A stretch of 18,973 nt of DNA from Candidatus Poribacteria bacterium (GTDB taxonomy: Bacteria > Poribacteria > WGA-4E > UBA9662): contig JAYZAL010000076.1 in the NCBI GenBank assembly GCA_036339735.1, positions 1-18,973 on the forward strand, given 5' to 3'. Both the position numbers and the translations under genes were made by a program. The notes under the pieces are model-generated. The model searched no databases. It saw only the letters and a program-made list of their open reading frames with translations, and was not told the origin of the DNA. Positions 8,987 to 16,996 of the stretch are shown here, in pieces. How positions within the stretch are numbered: the stretch's first letter is position 1; each line of letters opens with the position of its first letter.

Positions 8987-9091
8987 ACATCTAACTTCAA
9001 GCTTAGGTAGTCGAATTCCCATATAGCCTAATTCCAAATCGTTTGCCAAACATCGAACTTAGTCAAAATATTGATTTAAATTGGTGATCAT

Positions 9092-10150
9092 ATGAGTACA
9101 TGTAGAGGGGCCGTATTTTTTGAAGGTAAGAAAGTATTGGCAATAAAAAAATTTCCAATACCTGAACCAAAACACGGTGAGTTACTTGTCAAAATTGAAG
9201 CCTGTACGATTTGTGGAAGTGATATCCATACCATTCAAGGTAAACGCAGTGAAAAATCACCAACCATTTTGGGACATGAAGTTGTTGGTACGATCATTGA
9301 TTTATCTAGCCCGGTCCGTGATTTTAACGGTTTACAGCTAGAAGTTGGTCACCGAATTACTTGGTCAGTTTGTTTCAGTTGCCGGGATTGTGATCGATGC
9401 CGAAACGATATGCCTCAAAAATGTCGACAATTGAAGAAATTCGGACATGAGTATGTACATGGAGATGGACCTTTACTTGGTGGTTTCTCGGACATGGTTT
9501 TATTGCCTGCACAAGCTACTGTATTCCAGATTCCCCCTGAAATAAAATCAACCGTAATTTGTCCTGTAAATTGTGCAACAGCGACCGTAATCGCATCTAT
9601 GGAACTAGCTGGAAAAGTAAAGAACAAAAGAATTCTAATTATTGGTGCCGGGATGTTGGGTTTAACCGCTGGAGCATACTGTAGTTCTAGAAAAGCTAAG
9701 GAAATCGTATTCCTTGATCAGAATAAGAAACGAATTGAGTTGTCTAAGTCGTTTGGTGCAAGCAAAATTGGAAATTCGTTTATGGATTGTATGGATGATA
9801 ATGCTGGTGCTTTTGATCTCATTTTTGATTTTGCAGGTTCAACCCAATTAATTCAGCGGTCATTAGATTTTCTTACTATTGGTGGTAAATTAATCTTGGT
9901 TGGAACAGTAATGCCTGTACCTGAATTAACTCTCAAACCGGAGTCATTAGTTAGAAAATTGATCTCAATATATGGAGTCCACAATTATCGTCCAGAACAC
10001 CTAAATAAAGCCATTGAATTTCTTTTGGAACAAGCTGATAATTATCCATTTGCTGAACTTGTTGAGAGATCTTTTCCTCTAGAAAAGATCAACGAGGCTA
10101 TCAAATTTGCGACTAATTTCAAGCCTCTTCGAGTGATGATAGAACCATAA
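9092..10150 (+). CDS. Zn-dependent (MDR) alcohol dehydrogenase, phosphonate-catabolism-associated (HpnZ/TIGR03366-like)
   Basis: Catalytic Zn CGSD and GHE; structural Zn CRDCDRC-x7-C; NCATAT; GAGMLG; C-terminal GVHNYRPEHL, which I recall as typical of the HpnZ-like subfamily; neighbours phnX. Confidence 0.85.
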   Translation: MSTCRGAVFFEGKKVLAIKKFPIPEPKHGELLVKIEACTICGSDIHTIQGKRSEKSPTILGHEVVGTIIDLSSPVRDFNGLQLEVGHRITWSVCFSCRDCDRCRNDMPQKCRQLKKFGHEYVHGDGPLLGGFSDMVLLPAQATVFQIPPEIKSTVICPVNCATATVIASMELAGKVKNKRILIIGAGMLGLTAGAYCSSRKAKEIVFLDQNKKRIELSKSFGASKIGNSFMDCMDDNAGAFDLIFDFAGSTQLIQRSLDFLTIGGKLILVGTVMPVPELTLKPESLVRKLISIYGVHNYRPEHLNKAIEFLLEQADNYPFAELVERSFPLEKINEAIKFATNFKPLRVMIEP

Positions 10151-10639
10151 GTGAACTTCATAGCGTCGATTGATTATCACTTCCGCAATCCTTAGTCTAG
10201 AATCGTGAGATAATGGAAAGTTAGCCCAAGGAGAACCTATTTGATTGTGCTTTATGGCATTTAGATTAATGACGGTCAGATTATTATAGTTATAATTCAT
10301 ATCTCAAACTTAGACATACACTCGAAAAGTGTCAGCAGGTCGATAGAAGTATGTTTTCATATTCTAAGGATAGTCAGTTCAGTCCGTGTAGAAAGCTAAA
10401 ATAACTTTTTCTCTAAGAACTACTAATCTACAAACTTGAGCTAACAATCTTTCTTTTGATAAAATGACTTCGTCGTTAGTAATCAGAATGAATAGCATAG
10501 ATAATAGCATTCGAGAATGTGAAGAAAAGTGGATTAACCTAAACAAAATAAAAAATATAATTTTGTAACTGCAAACAGTGTAACCATCATATTTTAAAAT
10601 GAATAGCTATCTATTAGCCAAAGTAACAGAGTAAAAAAA

Positions 10640-11770
10640 TTGAAAAAATATGACGTAGCCATAGTAGGCGCTGGAATTGTAGGGCTTGCTCATGCTTTTC
10701 AAGCTGCAAAACGAGGACTCAAAGCTATCATCTTCGAAAGAACTGAGCAGGCTGAAGGTGCATCGGTTCGGAATTTCGGTATGGTTTGGCCAATCGGCCA
10801 GAATGCAGGTGATCTATATGATATCGCACTTTTGTCACGACAGATTTGGTTAGAGCTAAATGACGAAAAAGTTGTCGAAGTGGAAGAATGCGGATCTATC
10901 CACCTAGCCCACCATTCTGATGAAATGATCTTATTGGAAGAATTTGTAAGTCAAAAGACTCACCAGTCTGAAATTATTGATGCTACGGAAGTTATTAATC
11001 GATCAGTGCTCGCCAACGAATCTGGGCTGCTGGGTGGGATGTATTCCCCAACTGAATTGCGAATTAATCCTCGGACAGCTCCTCACAAAATCGCGCACTG
11101 GCTATTAAAAAAACCTAATGTTGAAATTCGGTTTAATACTTCGATTATCAAAATTGAGAGTAATCGAATGATTTCCTCCGACGGCAGGTCTTGGGAAGCC
11201 AATAAAATCATGATATGTAGTGGTAGCGATTTAAAAACCTTATACCCAGATGAATTCATAAAATCGGATTTAGTACTGTGTAAACTACAAATGCTTAAAT
11301 CTGTATCTCAAAAAAAACTGCTGAATACCCAGACACCACATCTTGCTAGTGGACTGACTCTGCGCCACTACAGTTGTTTTGAGAATTGTCTCTCTCTGGA
11401 AAAACTGAAACAAAGAATTCAATCAGAAACACCAGAATTGGATTTGTTTGGTATTCACGTGTTAGCATCTCAGTTTCCCAATGGTGAGGTTATTCTGGGG
11501 GATTCCCACGAATATGGGGATCAAATTACACCATTCAATAAAACAGAAATTGACGAATTAATGATTCGCGAGCTCAAGAAAGTCATTAAATTGGATGACT
11601 GGACAATAAGAGAACGATGGTATGGTGTCTATGCGAAGCATCCAGAATTACCCGTATTTGATCATCGTGTTGACGACTGTGTTTCCTTATTCGTCGGTAC
11701 AAGTGGTGCGGGAATGACAATGGCTTTTGGGTTAGCAGATCGATATTGGAATAACTTAAGTAGGAATTGA
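10640..11770 (+). CDS. FAD-dependent amine oxidoreductase, DAO/glycine-oxidase fold (TIGR03364 HpnW-like; PbfC/PbfD-type aminophosphonate oxidase candidate)
   Basis: TTG start; DVAIVGAGIVGLAHA; GASVRNFGMVWPIGQ; LCKLQML; GLTLRHY; ILGDSHEY; RWYGVY; SGAGMTMAFGLA. Stop lies 1 nt before phnX. Confidence 0.88.
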   Translation: MKKYDVAIVGAGIVGLAHAFQAAKRGLKAIIFERTEQAEGASVRNFGMVWPIGQNAGDLYDIALLSRQIWLELNDEKVVEVEECGSIHLAHHSDEMILLEEFVSQKTHQSEIIDATEVINRSVLANESGLLGGMYSPTELRINPRTAPHKIAHWLLKKPNVEIRFNTSIIKIESNRMISSDGRSWEANKIMICSGSDLKTLYPDEFIKSDLVLCKLQMLKSVSQKKLLNTQTPHLASGLTLRHYSCFENCLSLEKLKQRIQSETPELDLFGIHVLASQFPNGEVILGDSHEYGDQITPFNKTEIDELMIRELKKVIKLDDWTIRERWYGVYAKHPELPVFDHRVDDCVSLFVGTSGAGMTMAFGLADRYWNNLSRN

Positions 11771-11771
11771 A

Positions 11772-12638
11772 ATGCCATCATTAAAACACCTCAAGGCTAT
11801 TGTATTTGATTGGGCTGGAACAATGATTGATCATGGAAGCCGGGCTCCAGCAATTGTTTTTCAAGAAATCTTTCGACAACGAGGAATAGAAATAACTATT
11901 GACCAAGCGCGAGAACCAATGGGAATGGCCAAACGGGAACATATTTTAGCTATTACTCAAATGCCAGAGGTTCAGAAAAAGTGGGTTGAGAGATTTGGTA
12001 GATCGTCTGCCGATCCAGATGTTGACGAAATGTATAAACAGTTCTTACCGTTACAAAAAACAACGTTAAAAGATCATAGTCAAATGATCCGAGGGGCAAC
12101 GAAAGCCGCAGAATTATGCCGTAACCTCGGATTGAAAATTGGATCAAGTACAGGGTACACGAAAGAGTTGATGACCGATGTTTCGGCTATTGCGAAAGAA
12201 CAAGGATATGAGCCTGACCTAATTCTTTGTGCTGAAGATGCACCACGTGGTCGACCTGCACCTTACTTACTATATGAAGCATCAAAACGATTGGATGTTT
12301 ATCCGATGTCTACAATTGTGAAAGTTGACGATACAATACTCGGAGTTAAAGCCGGAGTAAATGCAGGCTGTTGGAACGTCGGAGTTACACGGACTGGGAA
12401 CTTGTTGGGGCTTTCCTCAGAAGAGGTAGAGGAGTTGACGGAAAATCAACTGGATCATATGATATCTTCAGTAGGTCAACAAATGTTGGATGCAGGCGCA
12501 CATTTTATAGTTGAGTCTGTGGAAGATATTGAGATTGCTTTAACTTATTTTGATGAGTTGCTAGATCAAGGAGCTTCTCCAAACGATTTTACTTTTTGTT
12601 CACAACTTATAACTTGGTCTAATACAATGAGCGGCTAA
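11772..12638 (+). CDS. phnX: Phosphonoacetaldehyde hydrolase (phosphonatase)
   Basis: Nucleophile motif FDWAGT; cap-domain Schiff-base lysine motif REPMGMAKREHI; IGSSTGY; GRPAP; VKVDDT; AGAHF. Confidence 0.93.
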   Translation: MPSLKHLKAIVFDWAGTMIDHGSRAPAIVFQEIFRQRGIEITIDQAREPMGMAKREHILAITQMPEVQKKWVERFGRSSADPDVDEMYKQFLPLQKTTLKDHSQMIRGATKAAELCRNLGLKIGSSTGYTKELMTDVSAIAKEQGYEPDLILCAEDAPRGRPAPYLLYEASKRLDVYPMSTIVKVDDTILGVKAGVNAGCWNVGVTRTGNLLGLSSEEVEELTENQLDHMISSVGQQMLDAGAHFIVESVEDIEIALTYFDELLDQGASPNDFTFCSQLITWSNTMSG

Positions 12639-12932
12639 AGTGTCAGTTTTTCTCATGATCGAAGTATGCCGCCTGTTTTGATCAATTTTTTTCAGTTGAT
12701 ATTTCCTAAAGTTTCAACATAAATAGAACTTGAAAGAAAGCTGTAATGTTATTTATTAAACTCAGCGATGCGACTTCATCTAAAGTCAATCAGACATTTT
12801 CCTTCAGCCCATTGAATAATATTTTATAGTCGACAAAAAGGAAGAAAAAGTACTCTGTGCGTGCATTGTTTCTGGAATTGAATCAATCTAAAAATAGCCT
12901 AACATTATTTAGCTAGTATAATAGGAGAGATT

Positions 12933-13946
12933 ATGACATTTCGAGCAGCAGTTATTGGATGTGGCCGAATAGGTAGTACAATAGACGATGAACAAGCTAA
13001 TCGTCCTCAATTTCGTTATCCTTGGGCTCATGCACCAGCCGTTATCGAAGCTCAGGGGATTGAATTAATCGCTGGATCTGACGTCCGTCCAGAACAGTTG
13101 GATGACTTTAAAAATCGTTGGGGAGTCACCGCTCTTTATACCGATTATCTCGAAATGATCAAACAAGAGCAACCAGACTTAGTTTGTGTAACCACAAAAA
13201 CAGTAGAACGGGCTGAGGTAGTTATCAGATCGGCAGAAGCCGGTGTAAAGGCTATTTATGCAACTAAACCTATGTGTCGGAGTTTAGCTGAAGCTGATGA
13301 AATGATCGAAGTCTGCCAGAAGAACAATACTATTTTAGCCATTGCTTGTCATAAGAACTGGAGCCCTTGGTTCCAAGTTTGTTTGAAAACCATCCGGGAA
13401 GGTCAAATTGGCTCTTTTATGTCGATGGTATGTAATTACAGTTGGAACCTAGCCAACGGACATAGCCATACACTATCGCTTTTTCGCCAATTTGCTGATT
13501 CTCCTGCTAAGTGGGTTTTTGGTCGTATGAATAGCGATGAAGCAGCCAAAACTGATAAAGATCTTAGTGGTAATGGTATGATCTATTACGAAAATGGAGT
13601 CCAAGGTTTTTTAAATTCTGGCGGTTGGCTAAATATTGATTTCATTGGAAAGGATGGTTGGATCAGCGCTCGTAATGAGCATGCTGATTTCGAGTTTTGG
13701 GGTCGGCACCCGTCGACTAGAGAACCGATTCGTCGGCAATTTCCTAATCCCAAACGCCCTAAAAGTTCTCAGCAAGCCGCAATCGAAGGGTTAGTTGGAA
13801 ATCTACGAGAAGGTACCACTCCACTTTGTCCTGGTGAGTACGGACGGGAAGCTTTGGAAATTGCTATTGGCTTACGTGAGTCTCATCGACAAGGTGGACA
13901 AAAAATAGATTTACCTTTAGCTGATCGTAGCTTGTCTCTGGGTTGA
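12933..13946 (+). CDS. Gfo/Idh/MocA family oxidoreductase (divergent)
   Basis: AGGAG RBS; AAVIGCGRIG; YTDYLEMIKQEQPDLVCV; AIYATKPM (variant of CEKP); REALEIAIGLRES. Confidence 0.9.
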   Translation: MTFRAAVIGCGRIGSTIDDEQANRPQFRYPWAHAPAVIEAQGIELIAGSDVRPEQLDDFKNRWGVTALYTDYLEMIKQEQPDLVCVTTKTVERAEVVIRSAEAGVKAIYATKPMCRSLAEADEMIEVCQKNNTILAIACHKNWSPWFQVCLKTIREGQIGSFMSMVCNYSWNLANGHSHTLSLFRQFADSPAKWVFGRMNSDEAAKTDKDLSGNGMIYYENGVQGFLNSGGWLNIDFIGKDGWISARNEHADFEFWGRHPSTREPIRRQFPNPKRPKSSQQAAIEGLVGNLREGTTPLCPGEYGREALEIAIGLRESHRQGGQKIDLPLADRSLSLG

Positions 13947-13973
13947 TTACCATACAGAATTCTGGAAAGAATC

Positions 13974-14795
13974 ATGATGGAAATTACAGCTAGACAATGG
14001 GAAGAGTTCGATCGGGAAGGATTTCTGTTTTTAGGTCAGGTGGCAACTGATAAAGAACTAGCCGATATGCAACAACGAATTGATGATATCATGTTGGGCC
14101 TAGCTCGAGTTAACTATGACCAAATTATGATGCAGTTAGACCGAGAGCCTGATACTGGCCGACCAGGTCCACAAACGAGGGGACACAAAGGGTCAACACT
14201 CCTGTATCGTAAAATTCAACAACTAGAGTTTGACCCCTTTTTTCTGTCTTACATGAGACATCCAATTTTTGAGGCTATCTGCCAGCGGACTTACGGTCAG
14301 CAAGCACCAATCAGTTGTTACCGAGCTATGTTCATGAATAAACCTGCAGAAGAGGGTACTGACCTTGCTTGGCATCAAGACCGATGGGACGATCTTGATC
14401 AAGATCCCGAAATAACTATTTATACAGCGCTTGACTCAGCCTGTCGTGAAAACGGTTGTGTCCACGTAATTCCAAGGTCTCACCGAAACGAGTTCAACTC
14501 ATACCAAAAGGCTGGGCAACTTAACCCCCAGCAATTGGAGGAAATCACTAACCAAGCACAAACGAAGCCATTGGAGCTATCAGCTGGTGAAGTTGTGCTG
14601 CTACATAATTGGACACTGCACAAATCGGGTACTAATCGAACCCAAACTCCACGTCGAGCGTTTAGTGTTTGCTATATGCGTGCGGACACTAAAATTCAGC
14701 CTCCACAAAGTGGAGAATTTCCAATCATATTTGGTGAAGGCGCACTGACAGAGGAAAATTTACCCAACTATCAACCATCAATTATCTATGTTTGA
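13974..14795 (+). CDS. Phytanoyl-CoA dioxygenase (PhyH) family Fe(II)/2-oxoglutarate dioxygenase
   Basis: FDREGFL; MNKP; WHQD (HxD); ALD-x4-ENGCVHVIPRSH; LHKSGTN-x4-PRR. Confidence 0.92.
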   Translation: MMEITARQWEEFDREGFLFLGQVATDKELADMQQRIDDIMLGLARVNYDQIMMQLDREPDTGRPGPQTRGHKGSTLLYRKIQQLEFDPFFLSYMRHPIFEAICQRTYGQQAPISCYRAMFMNKPAEEGTDLAWHQDRWDDLDQDPEITIYTALDSACRENGCVHVIPRSHRNEFNSYQKAGQLNPQQLEEITNQAQTKPLELSAGEVVLLHNWTLHKSGTNRTQTPRRAFSVCYMRADTKIQPPQSGEFPIIFGEGALTEENLPNYQPSIIYV

Positions 14796-14837
14796 AAATA
14801 AAGGTACCGCTTAGTAAATAGTACCAAGAAACAAACG

Positions 14838-14873
14838 GACTAAGAAACAGTGGATCTCCACTGTTTCTTAGTC
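14838..14873. terminator. Perfect 17-bp inverted repeat between convergent genes (probable bidirectional terminator)
   Basis: GACTAAGAAACAGTGGA-tc-TCCACTGTTTCTTAGTC, between the stops at 14795 (+) and 14905 (-). Confidence 0.8.
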
Positions 14874-14904
14874 TAAAGATAATCAGATTCTGGTTATTTT
14901 TCTT

Positions 14905-15732
14905 TTACTGTTCGTTAGGAGTTAACCTGATCTGACTCCAAGTGATAGCTAGCTTGTCTCTGGCCTCAACAGCAGTTGAAAACTCTTTAGCCCCGATTTG
15001 CATGCTCATTTTAATCTCGGCGTCACTTAGAGCGCGATTCCATAACCGAACTTCGTCAACAGAGCCAGGAAAAGCTTCTCCGGCCCAAGTACCGATTTGT
15101 ACAGCATCCTTGTTGGCTGCGGGCAAAACAGGATTCTTCGACTTTTCCTCGTGTGTAGCTATGCCATCAACAAAGATCCGGACTAGTCCATCATCCGCAG
15201 TCGTATGGGTATAGGCAAGATAATACCATTGCCCAACCTTGAGTTTAGTTTTGTTGTCGTTGATATCCTTGAATCCACCTTTGGCTCCGTTAGTCCAGAC
15301 TTTGATTCCATTTGATGGGTTCATTCCATAGCCAAAGCTGATGTGGCGTCCACCAGTGGCAGGTGGGTTTTTTCTGATGCCAAAAACTACAGCATGAGCG
15401 CTAGGTAGTTTGTCTAGTTTGACCCAAGCTGCTTGAGTAATTGCTCCTTCAATATGAAAGACTTTATTATCGTCAACTAAAACACGATCGGATGATGCAG
15501 AAAATTGAAGAGCTTTGCCAAATTTACCCGCGACCCACTTAGCATTCCCTTCAACGGAACCTTTTAGCTCATTACTGGAAACGTCTGCGACAGACTTTCC
15601 TGTTCCTTCATCAAAGGACATATACATAACCAAGCCCTTTTTCAAATCAACGTCCTTGATACCGGCTTGAACCGTCAAACATGATAAGGCTACTAATACT
15701 ACAATAGCAATAGAACTAATTTTACGAAACAT
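14905..15732 (-). CDS. Secreted LamG-like jelly-roll (ConA-like lectin/glucanase) protein with C-terminal AVE-x3-KL-x2-TW motif
   Basis: Signal peptide MFRKISSIAIVVLVALSCLTVQA; YMSFDEGTG...D-x-S; GKFGKALQF; WYYLAYT; IFVDG; F-x-GSVDEVRLWNRALS-x2-EI; ends AVEARDKLAITWSQIR; GGAG RBS. Confidence 0.92.
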   Translation of the reverse strand: MFRKISSIAIVVLVALSCLTVQAGIKDVDLKKGLVMYMSFDEGTGKSVADVSSNELKGSVEGNAKWVAGKFGKALQFSASSDRVLVDDNKVFHIEGAITQAAWVKLDKLPSAHAVVFGIRKNPPATGGRHISFGYGMNPSNGIKVWTNGAKGGFKDINDNKTKLKVGQWYYLAYTHTTADDGLVRIFVDGIATHEEKSKNPVLPAANKDAVQIGTWAGEAFPGSVDEVRLWNRALSDAEIKMSMQIGAKEFSTAVEARDKLAITWSQIRLTPNEQ

Positions 15733-15802
15733 GTTACAACTATCTCCAAATTTTGGTTGGTAAAAAATTAGTGAAGATTTATAATCCTCAATTTCTCAGG
15801 CT

Positions 15803-15830
15803 ATCATACCAAGGAAATATACAAAGTCAA
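15803..15830 (-). promoter_or_regulatory. Putative sigma70 promoter for the LamG gene
   Basis: Minus strand TTGACT (15830-15825), 16 nt spacer, TATGAT (15808-15803), preceded by TGG (extended -10). Confidence 0.55.
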
Positions 15831-16086
15831 GATTTAGTATTAATAGAAGTGAAAAGTAATATTTCGACCTTATCGAATTTAAAAAATATCTAACAAATTA
15901 TGCCACACGTGAGATCAATCGAAATTTATGCGTACTTACTGGTAATTATTTCCGATTTTCCCTCAAAATTTATTATTACAAGTCCACCAAAATCTTCTTC
16001 CGCCAAATGACTAATAATCTGTTAATAAAATTAAAACAAAAAAATTAGAAAACATATGATTTCTTTAATCGATTTCACTGAAAATC

Positions 16087-16116
16087 TTGCCAGTAGCGTG
16101 AATCTCGTGTTAAGTT
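16087..16116 (+). promoter_or_regulatory. Possible sigma70 promoter for 16141..16977
   Basis: TTGCCA (16087-16092), 18 nt spacer, TGn-TAAGTT (16111-16116); GGAG RBS downstream. Confidence 0.35.
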
Positions 16117-16140
16117 AATGCATTTAATGGAGTGAAATAA

Positions 16141-16977
16141 ATGAGAATTGAGGTTAGTTCTAACGAGTTAGAGCAGGGAGAGCTATCGAATGATCACCTT
16201 GAACAGGCTATTAACAATATTCGGGTAGAAGGGTACACGATTCTTGGCAATATTGTCTCAACCGATCATTTAGATTTCTTGCATCAGAAAATGACAGATG
16301 ATTCCCATTCTATCATCAGTGCAAACGCTGAAAGGTGGTCTGGTCGTCTTCAAATTGGTCAATTGCAGCAAGGACCACCACCTTTTGCCCCGTATTTATT
16401 TACTGATATTGTTTCCAATCCCATTGTTGAGCACCTTAGTATCACACTATTAGGGAAGGGAGCCTTTAATGGATTTTATAATGGTAATACCAATGCACCA
16501 GGTAGTACTCAACAAGGTTTGCATATGGATGCTGGACATCTGTGGCCAAATCTGAACCCTTCTCACCCTACTGTTTCAGTAGTAGTAAATATTCCAACAA
16601 TAGAAGTAACGGAGGCAGAGGGAGCAATCGAACTCTGGCCAGGAACACATTTGATTGGAGATGTTTCCCGAGGCTTAGATACTGAAACAGAAGAAAATAG
16701 ACGCAAAGTACGGCCTCCGGTTCGAGGTGAAACACAAAAGGGTGATGTGCTCATCCGAGACATGCGCCTGTGGCACCGAGGTACATCTAACAGATCTGAT
16801 CAGTACCGACACATGATTGCTTTAGTCCATAACGTTGGTTGGTTGCGTAGGGGTCAAAGACTTCGTTATGTCAAAGGATGTGAGTCAATTTTTCAAAATT
16901 GTCGTGTGGATCCACACACAGTCTTCCTAGACGAATCCCACGACTATTTATTTGATTATCGTGGGCCTAATGTGTAA
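16141..16977 (+). CDS. PhyH family Fe(II)/2OG dioxygenase (KanJ-like subgroup possible)
   Basis: VEGYTIL; NTNAPGSTQQGLHMD (HxD); GAIELWPGTH; GDVLIRDMRLWHRGTSN-x-S-x3-R. Confidence 0.9.
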   Translation: MRIEVSSNELEQGELSNDHLEQAINNIRVEGYTILGNIVSTDHLDFLHQKMTDDSHSIISANAERWSGRLQIGQLQQGPPPFAPYLFTDIVSNPIVEHLSITLLGKGAFNGFYNGNTNAPGSTQQGLHMDAGHLWPNLNPSHPTVSVVVNIPTIEVTEAEGAIELWPGTHLIGDVSRGLDTETEENRRKVRPPVRGETQKGDVLIRDMRLWHRGTSNRSDQYRHMIALVHNVGWLRRGQRLRYVKGCESIFQNCRVDPHTVFLDESHDYLFDYRGPNV

Positions 16978-16996
16978 CCCGTAAAGTTGGTCTGCG

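Noticed and set aside
10486-10590. Pho box upstream of the FAD oxidase-phnX pair
   Set aside because: The repeats have 12- and 15-nt periods and do not match CTGTCAT-type 11-nt repeats.
12895-12922. TATAAT at 12917-12922 as the promoter of the second Gfo/Idh/MocA gene
   Set aside because: The -35 is poor (TAGCCT), and the hexamer abuts the RBS, so the transcript would start downstream of its Shine-Dalgarno sequence.
12639-12932. Possible ncRNA or riboswitch in this spacer, and likewise in 15733-16140 and 17948-18283
   Set aside because: AT-rich with no recognisable conserved RNA motif or stable multi-stem structure by eye; an Rfam scan would be needed.
13974-16977. PhyH dioxygenases as PhnY*/TmpA-type phosphonate hydroxylases belonging to the phnX cluster
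   Set aside because: No HD-domain PhnZ/TmpB partner is in the window, the genes appear to be in separate transcription units, and I cannot identify PhnY*-specific residues. PhyH genes are abundant in this genome type, so proximity is probably incidental.
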